DNA of 64,000 nucleotides from NCBI GenBank assembly GCA_951406725.2, contig OX597827.1:48298001-48362000 (forward strand), given 5' to 3'. Position numbers and translations under genes: made by a program. The first letter of the stretch is position 1, and each line of letters begins with the position of its first letter. The stretch comes from Octopus vulgaris. Its lineage: Eukaryota. This document shows positions 25,040-38,906 of the stretch, in pieces. Under the pieces are notes generated by a model that had not been told where the DNA came from, made no database searches, and saw only the letters and a program-made list of their open reading frames with translations.

Positions 25040-25042
<3 letters not shown>
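24460..25042 (+). mobile_element. Retrozyme-like / PLE-derived element (family R) with an 89-bp inverted repeat, in (TA)n
   Basis: 24460-24548 is the reverse complement of 24680-24768 (1 mismatch seen). Homologous to 50159-50759. TA repeats on both flanks. Confidence 0.75.
24740..24803 (+). ncRNA. Type I hammerhead ribozyme motif with palindromic helix III
   Basis: GUUGCA-CUGACGA-ACAU...AUGC-GAAA-UCACAUGUGA-UA^UGUAAC. Consensus core, AUA triplet, A-C mismatch at the base of helix II. Confidence 0.75.
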
Positions 25043-25096
<54 letters not shown>

Positions 25097-25139
25097 GGAT
25101 ATATATAAATATGTAAATATATATATGTATGTATATGTA

Positions 25140-25188
<49 letters not shown>

Positions 25189-25783
25189 GTATGTATTTAT
25201 GTATGTATATATATGCGTATGACTGCGAGTATGGGCGTGTGTGCGTGGGTGTGTATGTGTTAAGTAAAATCTTAACAGTCAAATTGAGTGGAAAACATCT
25301 TTGACAAACGTGTATAGAACTGAGAAGCTTTCGCGATTAAACATTTCCTGCAAGATAGATATGGCGTCTACAAAGCGGACGTTTCTATTACAATCTGGTA
25401 TTATACAATGAGAAAAATCATGCGTGAATGGTTTTCTATTTAGATAATGAAATGTATTGATTATGTTACTGACTTATATCACACATCACTTGAACACTTT
25501 CCCTAGTGTTCGCCGATAAAAGATACATATTCAAGTTGTATGCTTTACATGTTAAGCAGTATAGCTCACTTTCTCTCTCTCTCTCTCTCTCTCTCACTGC
25601 TTTTCTTTCCCGGTCTCTTGATTTGATTCATAGAAAGCATTCATTTTCTCACCACAGTTGAGGCAGCGAATTTAGACAACGTCACACACTGTAACAACTG
25701 CAAAGTGAAGCTGTTACTTAAAGAAAAAAATTTGCACACGCACGCATACGTACGTAGTCATTCGGTACGTAAATACATACATA

Positions 25784-26691
<908 letters not shown>

Positions 26692-26872
26692 CGTATATAT
26701 ATACAGAGAGAGAGAGGGTGGATGTGTATGTATGTATTTATACTTAAATATATATATATCTATGGATGGATGGATGTCTGATTAAATGCATGGATGACTG
26801 ACTGACTGACTGGCTTCCTCGCTGGTTGGCTTGCTGGCTAGCTTGCTGATTGGCTGTCTGGACAGATGGATA

Positions 26873-27272
26873 TCTCTCTATATATAAACGGCAAAATATC
26901 TATCTGTGTGTGTGTGTGTGTGTGTATCCTTTATACAAATCCACAATTTTTCAGTTGGAGGGCTCGCACTTTCTATGGTCATTCAAAACCGTCGTGCACA
27001 TCTTTACATTTCCTCAGTGGTCATGCAGATGTTTACATTTGCCCAGTCACCCCGCAAAGCCATTAAAAAATCAATAGAATTGACTTTTTTATGTGAATTT
27101 TCTATCCAAAACCCTATAAAAATGCCTGAAACTTGATACACCAATTGAATGCCAGCTAGCTGTATGTGATTGGTCGGAGATTTGGACAGTACTCGCATGT
27201 ATGTGCTCACGCACGCAGCTGTATATGCATGCACTAGCACTATGACCCGTCAACACCGGGTCATAATGCTAG
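26873..27272 (+). mobile_element. Non-autonomous Helitron (~400 bp)
   Basis: A|TCTCTCTATATATAAA start; 3' hairpin TATGACCCG-TCAACAC-CGGGTCATA followed by CTAG|T; inserted between A and T with no TSD. Confidence 0.85.
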
Positions 27273-28242
27273 TATATATATATATATATATACACGCATA
27301 TACACACACGCGCACTTTTGGGACATATCCACATTATTTAAAAAGTATTGTGGGAGTAGAACATGTTCCCTTAATCAGATGCCAGAATCACAATGAAGTG
27401 TTTCAAAGATATTTAATAAAGCATCTATGTGAGAGTATATATATTTGTCAGTTAAGCTCGCGGGGTTTAACAGACATTCGCACAAACATTGGGATATATG
27501 TTCACCCGTTTCATTCACTTGCTTATATCACAACATTGATGTTGGCACAGACTTTATTTTCACATGACACTGTTATTCGATAATCAATATTTTGATTCCA
27601 ACGGCAATGGAAATGCCTTTCACCACATAACTGGTCTTGTCTTACCCAACAAAGAAGAAAAACCGAGGACATTTCATGACATGGATGTTTCCTTCTATTT
27701 TGTTCGTTATTTTCGTCCCGCCGTATCGTTTTCTAAAATGGTTCGTTTTATCGACGAACACGCTGTGTAATGTACCTTTCCCTATTTAAGCTTCCGTTTA
27801 TCTAAATCATTATTCCTGTATTGACTGGCACTCAACAATGGTTACATGTCTTCGTCCGAAAAGTGCTATACGAAAGCTTTTTTCAAACGCAATATTTCCG
27901 ATCGATTTAAAATGTTTCGAGCAACTTGCTTATACAATTATATTTATGTAAATGGAGAAGAAGACTCTACTAGCATAAAATAGCCCGAAGATGATTTATT
28001 TTCAAAACGACTAAATATCTGAAACAACATCCCTCAACACCAGTTCAACCCAGTCATTTCTGGTTTCTTAATCTATTTCTCCGGGCACTAATTAAGAGCG
28101 CATATTATTTCACAATCTTGTTAGTCTAGTTCGCCTCCATCTCATTGGTGTTCATGTGTTTAAAAGCTAGCTTGGATGACCTCTGCATCGACTTACTCGT
28201 TGCGTACAGATTCTTAGCAACAATATTTGAAATATCTATGCC

Positions 28243-28650
28243 GGGGTAACGGTGATAAGAAGCTTTCTTTCTTCGCGACCACATGGTTCCGGGTTCAGTC
28301 CTACTTGGGCGAGTGCTATGTCTTGCTATACCTCCGGCTGATTAAAGCCGGGTGTGAATTTGGCAGGCGGAAACAGAAATACTCCTGACGTGTGTGTGTG
28401 AGCGTGTGTGTGTGTGTGTGTATGTGTGTGTATGTGTATGGGTATTTCTGAGTGTATTCCCGACCACCGCTTGACAACTGGTGTTGGTTTGTTTACTTCC
28501 CCGTAATCTAACGGTTCCACAAAAAGTGATCTATAACATAAGTACCAGGTTTAAAATAAAGTTAACTGCTGAGTTCGATTTGTACAACTAAAATATTCAA
28601 CGCACTGCCCCAGCATGGTCGCAGTGTAATGACTGAAACAATCAAAAGAA
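28243..28650 (+). mobile_element. SINE family A, diverged
   Basis: CCACATGGTTCCGGGTTCAGTCC ... CCAGCATGGTCGCAGT..AATGACTGAAAC. Confidence 0.7.
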
Positions 28651-28752
28651 TAGAAGATTAAACAAGACAATATTACGGATCCACATTATATTTTGCAAGC
28701 AATGGTTGCTTGTTAATCATTTCTGTTTGACTATCACCAGGAAAAGTTATGA

Positions 28753-29066
28753 GACACCCTTCGGCCACGACAGAGACAATGGGATTGCACCTAGAAAGTT
28801 ACCCTCCCAGGCACAAGTCCGAGCAATGTTGTTTATGGAAGACCGCAGTCGCCCATGCATACCGGCCTCCCTTCTCTACGCCACCGGAGTTAGCCATGGG
28901 AAAGGCAAAGGGGCTGATACAGACTGGCACCTGTGACGTCGCAACTCATTTCTACAGCTGAGTGAACTGGGGAAACGTGAAATAAAGTGTCTTGCTCGGT
29001 CCGGGATTCGAGCTCACAACCTCACGATCGTAAGCTCGACGCTCTAATGATTGAGCCATGCGCCTT
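28753..29066 (-). mobile_element. SINE family D (tRNA-derived)
   Basis: Reverse complement of 57229-57567, with an internal deletion. Confidence 0.85.
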
Positions 29067-29273
29067 CACCCCAGAAGAAGCAATAAATGTTGTATAACGC
29101 TTACTTTGTTTCCTCCTTCATTAATTGACATTATGCTTTCCTGGCTTATTAACTTAGTCTCCCTCACCTACAAATCCTTACACTCACTAATCCTCACCAA
29201 CATATGCTCTGTGTGCTTGTCCGTCTGTATCGGTGTCTGACCTAGTGACAGATTCATATGTACAAGCTTCTAT

Positions 29274-29461
29274 ACCAGTATTCCACAACAAATATGCCGC
29301 TGCAATCTAGTGTGTCACGAGACGATGCTAGGTGTGCCACAGTGTAACCTGCATATAATTTTTCCTTATCCTTTCAGTTATATTTTTAGTTCAGCGGTGC
29401 CGCGGAATTTTGCAAAGAATATAAGTGTACCGCAAGTGAAAGAAAAGTTTGCGGAGGAGTG
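29274..29461. mobile_element. Decayed hAT/Charlie-like MITE
   Basis: CAGTATTCCACAAC start, AAAGTTTGCGGAGGAGTG end, and subterminal GTGCCGC-like motifs. Confidence 0.45.
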
Positions 29462-29519
29462 TTCCATACTGATGTTTCACCGATTCTCTTGGATGCTAGC
29501 ATCACAAACTTATGATTAC

Positions 29520-31610
29520 AGTGATTCTGTTACTGATTTACCATGGTCTTGATTTTTAGAGCCAATCAAAATTCCGTTCCTCATATGACCCTGTCACTCA
29601 AACTTCACAAGGAACTGATAATTAGATGAATCATTTTTAATAGCTATTTTCAGCTCTTCAGCTTATTTTGGTTAATATAATTTATGAGACGTAAAAATTT
29701 TAATTTAATGAATATTAATTACTGTAGAAATGAATTTAAGTAGCCGTTCGTTTACGTAACCCTGGCGGGGAGAAAATTAAATTAAATTGTCGTCAAGACA
29801 ACATGAGATTAAAATTAACGGAATTAAAACCATTTTTATAATAGAGACAGCGAAGGATTCTTGACGTAAATACCGAGCGGAAATGCTCAGATGAATATTT
29901 TTAATTCGGATTTATTTGTCAAGCAATATTTGTTGACTTGTCACGGTGTTTCGCGCGTATGAGAGACGTGATTGATGATTCATGTGGAGAGAGCCAAGTT
30001 AGAAGCTCATTTTGGAAAGCATCAAGTAAATATTTTTGAAAAAAAAAATTATATCAAACATCTGTCTTGACAGTCTCTGGAACGTTTTACGAAATACAAA
30101 TCGATTTCGTATGTTGTTTTAAGTAATTGGACGATAGGCTTGTCTTTAGCGATACCCTATCTAGACGGACAGGTAAGAGGCAAAAGAAATATCAATGATC
30201 ATGTAATCAATGTCATAGAAGATTACTCCACGATTTTCAAATAACTACCTGAATCCACTGACACTGTTAATTGACTTCATTCACTGGATTTTATGCAATA
30301 CATGTCAAAGACAATAATAAAGTTGAATCCACCTTTTGCTAACCTCTTCTGACCACGAATAAATTAATCAGACGTCATGGAAATTATAGGCGTTGTTTGC
30401 TGTTTTGCGCTTTGTTTTCAAGGTCTAACACCTCGATCGCAAAAGTGTTGGTGTCACCATCGACGTTGCACTCTCATGTTTTAAAATCTGGATCTCACAC
30501 ATTGATTCAAAAGAAATTTCCAAGAGCAGCTTCTTTCAATTGCTTCATAAGCGATGATTCCTAAGACGTTACTGAGTGATTTGGATGCTGTGATTAATCA
30601 TTTCATCGGGTCGAATCTTGTATTAAACCTAAATACAAGGATCTTCAAAAGTGCTGCAAAACAGAGTTTGAATATATAGTTTTATGATGGATTCCCATTG
30701 CAACAGTAGTGATGAGAGGACTGTAAGTTAAGAAAGAATTCATGCTCTTCTGGATTCAGGAAAATGTAACCATTCCAAATAATTTCATCTTCTTTCGAAG
30801 CTGCATTTCTGATTCACACTTTTGGAGATTTTAGCATTTTGGCAGAAGGAAAATGGAAATATTCTTACAATACATGATAGTAAAAGTCTCTCATTTTAGG
30901 AGAAGCTGTGTCTGGGAACAGAAGAGGATGCAGGAGAGAAATTACTCCTAGTGTTCAAATTTACGATCTCTTACCGAACAAACACGAAGCATCTATAAAG
31001 AAATATTCAGTAATTAAAAAAAGTTGTAAGTATTTCAACCAATATTTTCGCAGACGTGGTCCAAGTAAATGCCCTGATGATCGTGAAGCTATCCATAGGA
31101 AAACATGACAATATTCCAGAGCCAGTTCAAAATGAATTCCAAATTTGAAGCAAGACGTCGCTTTAGAAGTTATTAGTGACAATTCTCTGGCATTTCAAAT
31201 CACATGCTCACAGTCTTAGCATCGACTAATTTTTTGAGTGTAGATATTTTTCACTTTATTGCAAAAACTTACAACTGTTGAGTTGTTTAAAATGAACAGC
31301 GCTGCTCTGTAATTAATAATTAAAAGAAAAATAGTAGAAATAGCATCTACCAAGCTTATTAAAAAGAAAAAACACCTGCCTCACAGTATGTTGTCATATT
31401 AATATAATAACTAACATATTGGCTTGTTGGTTTGTGTTCATGTGTTTGTCAATTTACATAGTTCTCTGTTAGGCTACATTATTTAGTGGTGAATTGCCTT
31501 TACACTGTTTAAATGTTGGTTTACTTTCAAAGATATTATGCTTTATTATTCCATGAAAATTTTCTGTAAATCAAAGGGGTCCATGATAAGAGACCATTTG
31601 AGAATCATAT
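29520..31610 (+). pseudogene. Heavily decayed hAT (Charlie/Buster-type) transposon; transposase remnant ~29870-31390
   Basis: Colinear degenerate motifs across frameshifts: RKCSDEYF*FGF, DTLSRR, QLPESTD (cf. QLDESTD), VGVTIDVA (cf. GICTDGA), NCFI (cf. HCVIH), LNTRIFK. Eroded CAGTGATTCT and TTGAGAATCA ends. Confidence 0.65.
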
Positions 31611-33351
31611 CTTAATATTACTAACGAATTTTGATTTGTGTGTCACCCATCCACAATTTTTATTTACCCTTATAAGCATCACATGTAATAATGCTAAAAT
31701 CTGATGATATACAGCCCCAGTTATCGCTGGACACATATGAAAATTCAGTGTGAATGTTAAAATCAACATAATTGAAATTTGAAATCAGAAATTATTTGGT
31801 TGATAGTAAACTCCCCAGGAATTTTGTCTGATTTACTACTGACAAGAATGAACACGAGAAACTACATCAATGAGTCCTCGCTTAGCTTTTGAATTTTGTG
31901 AAAACCAATATTTCATAACGTTTAAATCGACAGATCTATCAACGAAAAACAGCAACAAACAAAGCAAGAATGTTTATTGCAGGGAGGAAATATGAAGCAT
32001 CATATTCTCTTTTCCAAACCGGATTAGCTGATGTAAATTTGCTCTAAAATTCAACAGAATTCGGATGCCCTGGGCTACAAGCCAATGAACTCTAATACGC
32101 AGAAACTTTTCATCGGTTGTTGTTGTTTTTCGACTAGTGTAAGTATCATATATTATATTGAAACGTAAATAAAAAGTACGCTCTTCCTATTTCTTTTTTT
32201 CTTTTTCAAATGCATTATCAGCAGAACAAGAATGAAATTATTTTAATCATATATCAGAACGCTGTCGTGGATTTGAGTTGCCCAGAAAGCACGTCTTCCA
32301 CTGCAATACAGAGAGCACAAACATAATCAGATAATATTAAAATACATATCCTTACAAATCTTAACAACTATTTATGTTTTATATCGTAGGTTATCGAGGT
32401 GAAACGAATGTTACGTTATTATCACTCACGTTTTGTTTAACGCTTCAAGTACACCACAATAAGTTTTCTTTTCCATTTCTATAATCATTTCATGTTCATA
32501 TTGTACATTTGAGGCTTTTAAATCCCTAAATATTTCAAGTATTGGTTGTTGTTCAATGGTTTCCCTGCTTTTAACCCAGCTTTATTGTTTGTGCTGATTC
32601 ATTAAATCAATAGGAATCAAATGGTTTGTGTTCTGAATATTTTGAATGTTGGTTTTGAGATTTTGCACTAAATCGAAAGAGTAAAGTTGTTATATGCAAG
32701 ATAAAATTAATGTTACGGCAAGTAATATCCGCATAAATAACATTTTCCTTTGTGCAACCTACTCTATATACGAAATATGTATTTCCTTAAGCCGTATCAT
32801 TTTCTCACAATGCTTGCTACATAGGTACATATATTTAAAATGATTAACATGTCACACAAAACTTAACAAAAACAAACCAAATGAAATCACAGTAACGTAC
32901 ATTGTATCATTATATATGGAATGAAAACGACGCAAAAAAACGACAAATGTAATAAGAGTAAGAAAATATGTTTAGTGAGAATGACATTGAATAGGTTATT
33001 TCATACAGTAATAATACCTTCCTGCTTCTAAGTGTATATCGAATAAACAGAAAGCAAAACTAGTTTTCTTCGAATATTATCTTTAGAATTTAAATATGAA
33101 ATTTAGATGTGTTAGTTTAATATTGTATGTACAGTGAAATTTAAACAATCGTACATTATATAGTAAGGAGATATGCATGCAAGTGTGTTTAGCATAAGTA
33201 TACGCACGGAATTGAAAATATTGAAGTACTTAAATGTAAAACACTCGAATATTTATCTCGAAATAATTTATAAAATAATATCATCCACATGAAACGTATT
33301 ATCTATTGAAATGGAACCAGGTATAGAAAGCTGGATAATAATGTTAATATT

Positions 33352-33766
33352 CTTTTCCACTCTAGGCACAAGTCTCGAAATATAGTGGGATTAGATTGAC
33401 CTCAGTACGCAACTGGTACTTAATTTATCGACCTCAAAAGGATGAAAGGCAAAGTCGACTTTGGCGGAAGCTGAACTGAGAACGTAAAAACATGGAATAC
33501 CGCTAAGCATTTCTGCCAGCATGCGAACGTTTCTTATTTCTTTATTGGCCACAAGGGGCTAAACATAGAGGAGACAAACAAGGACAAACAAACGGATTAA
33601 GGTGATTACATCTACCCCAATGCATAACTGGTACTTAATTTATCGATCCCGAAAGGATGAGAGGCAAAGTCGACTTTGGCGGAATCTGAACTCAGAACGT
33701 AAAAACAGACGAAATACAGCTAAGTATTTCTCCCGGCGTGCTAACGTTTCTGCCAGCTCGCCGCCT
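33352..33766 (-). mobile_element. SINE family B dimer
   Basis: Two head+core units joined at CGTTTCTTATTTCTTTATTG. Confidence 0.85.
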
Positions 33767-33895
33767 TTTTAATGTTAACATTGTAAAGAAAGGTACAGTG
33801 GAGTAATAAAGTATTTCTACCGCTGCAATTTAGGTGTTGTACAGGTTGAAATTTCAAATGCCAGGTTCAACTCTACGTTTCACCCTTGCTTTATG

Positions 33896-33985
<90 letters not shown>

Positions 33986-34554
33986 CATATAATATGATTA
34001 ACACTCGTAAATACAATTAGCATAGGAATAATTTACAAATCAATCGACTATAACTCATTGCTTCAAATAACAGCCTCCATAAAAATCAATAATCACTATC
34101 ATTGCTTATTAAAGAGCCCGCAAATGTTAATTTTCAACAAAAGCGAATTGGAGAGTCTTTCTTTTTAAATACCATGTTGGTGTCAAATTATTTCCGGTAT
34201 ACCACGCGAACTACAAAATCGATCGCAAGTGATAACTAGCTAAGCCATTGATGGTTCTTATGAACTAACTGTACTTTTGTAAGACTCATTCTAATTACCA
34301 TGATAATAAGGCCTAACAACCAATCATGGAATCTTCAGATCGTTAGCACCTTTCGCATATATATATTAGATTAACTAAGAAGAGCTATTTATATGATGTA
34401 ACAGATTGCTGGCTGAGTCAACGCCTTTACACCCTCTCTGAAATCAACTGTCCTTTTCAAAAATACTCTGCTCTATGTCCATAGAGGAGGCAGCCCTTTT
34501 ATATTTCAGTTCAAAGAGAAAAGACACTGTATATTAGCATTTTCAATGACGTTT

Positions 34555-34789
34555 ACACTTTTTTATTCTTTTTTTTATTTGTTTCAGTCATTTGGCTGTG
34601 GCCATGTTGGAGCACCGCCTTTTTTAGTGGAGCAAATTGACCCCAGGACTTATTCTTTGTAAGCCTAGTACTTATTCTAGCGGTCACTTTTGCCGAACCG
34701 CCAAGTTACAGGGACGTAAAGACACCAGCGATGTCAAGCGATGTCGGGGGGAAAAACACGGACACACAAACATACTCACACACACATAC

Positions 34790-34824
<35 letters not shown>

Positions 34825-34963
34825 CAACGGGATTCTTTCAGTTTCCATCTAACAAATCCACTCAGAAAGCGATGGTCGGCCCGAGGCTATAGTAGAAGAC
34901 ACTTGCTCAAGGTGTCACACAGTGGGACTGAACCCGGAACCATGTGGTTCGTAAGTAAGCTAC
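34555..34963 (-). mobile_element. SINE family A
   Basis: Colinear with other copies; head truncated at the adjacent element. Confidence 0.85.
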
Positions 34964-35507
34964 TTTATTTCATAACATTTGCCATAAAGGCAGTACATAG
35001 AGTAAGTTAGCTTTGCGGGCTGGACGAGGACATTAATGAAATGAATGATAATGAAAGAAAGATGATAGGGATGGGAGAAGACAAAAAGCGCCCGCCGACT
35101 TCTGCTTCTCTAAAAGATTGTTCTTTTAAAAACAAACACAAAACGAGGTATTAACCTCTTACAATTTTACAACTTTTCAATTTTTGGACTTAACAGTCCA
35201 TTACTAACAACAACATAGTTCAATAGTTACATACGATATAAATACAATACACAAATCCCCTCCTCCCAGACCTAGCTTACACTTCCCTTAGGAATGCGCC
35301 AGCTCTAGGTCGGGGCCCCTCAAGTCGTATCACAATTTATGACACATCCTCAAAATATCTTGTGCCCGCACCCTCCGCCATCCACCACGCCTCCCTCAGA
35401 ATGTAATCGAGTTCCGTGTTAGCGTCGCCCGGGACCAAACTATAATCCTCATTGAGTTGCTTCAGCCCAAGGGTCACGTCGAACGCCACGGCCTCCACAG
35501 CTACCTG
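34962..35507 (-). mobile_element. GC-rich repeat: ORF end plus 3' UTR ending in AATAAA; possible LINE-derived fragment of unknown family
   Basis: Reads QVAVEAVAFDVTLGLKQLNEDYSLVPGDANTELDYILREAWWMAEGAGTRYFEDVS*. The first ~100 bp match 39304-39384. Confidence 0.45.
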
Positions 35508-36129
35508 AAAGAGATAAAGTGAAGACTTGTTGTGCTATCACATTCTTTTCTTTTTGATATTGCTCAGATATGTTCGTATTAAGTACATAGATTATCTTAC
35601 ATTGTGGAATGCAATTAAGCTTTGTATAAGTTCCGAAACTTCTTATTGTCCTGAGATATAATTTTGGTTACTCAATATTACACAGAGGTAATCAGACATT
35701 ATGAAATGCCAATGTTTCTAAAGTTTGCGGAAAGTCCAGCTGAGAATACACAGAGGACGGTGTTATAACTGTTTCCTCGACACGTGTAGCGAACGTGCGT
35801 TTATAACATTCACGGAGATTAGGTTTTCCGCATGTAATTGGATGACATAAACCAGTTCATTCATTACAAGTTATTATATAAATGAATGCGTTTAGTTAAA
35901 CGAGAATTTCGTTAGTGTGCTGCAGTGACTTTTTAAATCATTTCGTGAATACACTGTAGAGTAAAAACATCCATCTCCAGATTGATAGTCTAATAATCAC
36001 ATTACAGAACTAGCAATGACTTATGTACATACATGTCAAAAGGTTGAATTATTTCCATGTTTATAAGCCCATTCACTGGTTATTACTCACCAAGATTCAG
36101 CGTGACAGAGACTGCTACAAGCCCGACCC

Positions 36130-36286
36130 TTTGAAATATAGGTACTACTCATTTTTGCCAGCTGAGTTTACTGGAGCAACGTGAAATAAAGTGTATTGCT
36201 CAAGAATACACCGTGCCGCGGAGTTTCGATCTCATAACCTTAAGAACAAGAGCCGATTACCCCGAACCACTAAGCCATGCATCTTC
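36130..36286 (-). mobile_element. SINE family D-related head fragment
   Basis: CTGGAGCAACGTGAAATAAAGTGTATTGCTCAAG...CACTAAGCCATGC. Confidence 0.6.
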
Positions 36287-36360
36287 AGGTCAACGAATAA
36301 TAACTATTAAAAAAAAACCTATTGATATATGACAAGAATCTCTGTGCAAGGATTGGATTC

Positions 36361-36742
36361 TCTTTTACTCTTTTACTTGTTTCAGTCATTTGTCTGTGGC
36401 CATGCTGGAGCACCGCCTTTAGTCGAGCAAATCGATTCCAGGACTTATTATTTGTAACCCTAGTACTTATTCTATCGGTCTCTTTTGCCGAACCGCTAAC
36501 TTACAGGGACGTAAACAAACCAGAATCGGTTGGGGGGATACAGACACACAAACATATACGCACACACATACACACATATATATATACATATGTACGACGG
36601 GCTTCTTTCAGTTTTCGTCTACCAAATCCACGCACAAGGATTTGGTCGGCTCGCAGCTATAGCAGAAGACACTTGCCTAAGTTTCCACCCAGTGGGACTG
36701 AACCCAGAACCATGTGGTTCGTAAGCAAGCTACTTACCACAC
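36361..36742 (-). mobile_element. SINE family A
   Basis: Colinear with other copies. Confidence 0.85.
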
Positions 36743-37145
36743 TAGAAAATAGCCAAATCTCTCCCACTTGTACTTATTTATATATTTAATGAGTGTGACA
36801 GGAAACGGTCAAGGATCGTAACCTTCGCAGGCCCACAGAAAATGGCGTTACTGATATTATTAAATTTGCACCGAAGTGTTGCAGGTCAGTCACTACCGGC
36901 ATCTAATGATTAGAGAAGGGATACAAGAAGGCTGATCTTTCTAGGGTGGAAGGATTGGGGGTAACGATTAATACATGGAACTGGGGGATTTGAATACAAA
37001 ATCGGTTTTGAAAGAGAGAACAACAAGTGACAAGCGAAAGTGCCTAATTAACGATGGCACTTATCCAGTAAATGTAGTGGATGAGAGTAGGAGTATAAAT
37101 GTCACACGGGCTAGGCATCACGTCTTTGATATGGACACGTTCCTA

Positions 37146-37582
37146 AGGCGGCGAGCTGGCAGAATCGTTAGCACGCTGGGCGAAATGCTTAGCGGTATTT
37201 CGCCTGTCTTTACGTTCCGAGTTCAAATTCCGCCGATGTCGATTTTGCCTTTCATCCTTTCGGGGTAGATAAATTGAGTACCAGTTACGCACTGGGGTCA
37301 ATGTAATCGACTTAATCCCTTAACCTTTTGTCTGTCCTTGCTTGTTCCCTTTCTGTTTAGCCCCTTGTGGGCAATAAAGAAATAAGAAACGTTAGCACGC
37401 CTGCGCAATTGCTTAGCTGTATTTCGTCTGTCTTTATGTTCTGAATTCAAATGCCGCCGAGGTCGACTTTGCCTTTCATCCTTTCGGGGTCGATCAATTA
37501 AGCATCAGTTGCGTACTGAGGTTGATCTAATCGACTGGCCCCGTCCGCCAAAATTTCGGGCCTTGTGTCTAAATTAGAAAAT
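37146..37582 (+). mobile_element. SINE family B dimer
   Basis: GGCGGCGAGCTGGCAGAATCGTTAGC head and core, junction AATAAAGAAATAAGAAACGTTAGC, second core, then tail. Confidence 0.88.
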
Positions 37583-38509
37583 AATTTTGTTACGTTTCTG
37601 TGAGTGACGTTATGCAGCTAGTGTCTTTATCTCTTTCTCAGCATACAATGGTGTATCTCCGTGTTTATACTAGTAACACCGTGCCTATTGCTTATGCGTT
37701 TTAAACGATTGGTAGCTATTAAGACGAAATATCCTTTGACTCTGAGTAGAAGCTCTAATCAGATTGTATCCGATGTGTATTCAGCACCATAGATCTTCAT
37801 TCCTACTCAGACATGGGATTTGAAGAACTCATGGTGTTTCTTGCTATGTGTTTATGTTCTACACTGTGGTAGTATTTTGTTGATGTATGCATCATTTGTT
37901 TCTTTTTAATAGTGAAAGAGACAAGATTGGTATAACAACGATGAGGCCTGCGTTTATGGATTCACTTCAGAATTAGTGTGCGATGTTCTGGTTGAATGTG
38001 AATGAGGCTTGCTTCGGGTTACTTGTGGAAAAGTGTTCGGGACTGTTATTTATGTAAGGTTGAACATCGTTGGACACAATTTCATGTCGGTCATTGATAT
38101 TTTAAAGAAAGAAGACGAGAGGAAGGAACAGAAGCTTGAAGTATACCAGAGTAAATAAATAGAGTGTTTTAGAGAGACCTACGTCAGCAAACTTGCATAT
38201 AGGTAGTTTCGGCAGCATGAAGCAGAATACAAGATGTGTTTAAATCACTTATAAATTACCAAATGAAATTTGCAGAATGATGCTATTTAACAGCAGTGAA
38301 CTATTCAACCCACGGCAAACTACAAGAAGTATAAGCATTTTTCTGTGTACCCTACCAACATGTGACCTACACTTGCAAATTTAAACAATTATAAATATGC
38401 TATCGAACAGAGCTTGGTCTTATAAGAATAGCAGCCAATTCTTACTATAAAGACACGTTTTATTTAAAAACAAGAACACATTGGATTATGTAGTAGTAGA
38501 TATAATAGA

Positions 38510-38715
38510 TATGATTAAGAATTGGGGAAAATTCACAAGAAAAGATGAAGACAGGTGATGTAGACAACAAACATGCGTTGGTATAACACTCGGTAAGTGA
38601 AAACGTGCTTAACGTTTCGAGCCTACGCTCGAAAGGGTCACAGAAAGGGTCACAGAAAGAAACAAGGAGAAAAAATAAAGAATGTGTAGTGGCTAGCGAT
38701 CTATCATGGCGATGG
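38510..38715 (-). mobile_element. PLE-like fragment with a disrupted minimal HHR, related to 51535-51715
   Basis: Minus strand GAGC-GUAG-GCUC-GAAACGUUAAG at ~38609-38630. The core is overwritten by a GAAAGGGTCACA duplication. Confidence 0.45.
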
Positions 38716-38906
38716 CTGGTTATAGATGGAAATTTTTTTTATCATCGGAATGCTTTATTGCAGAGCCTTGGGCTAAACAGCAAAAACACCAATATATCAA
38801 AATACAGTAGTAAGACAAAAAGAAATCGTCTGCGTTATAATTCAGCTTGCTAGATTTTCCACACAAGTTTTCTATAAAGTACAGTGAATTATAAAGCATT
38901 TCTAAG

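Noticed and set aside
36794-37106. Solo-LTR-like segment TGTGACA...TGTCACA
   Set aside because: No TSD, no second copy and no PBS/PPT in the window.
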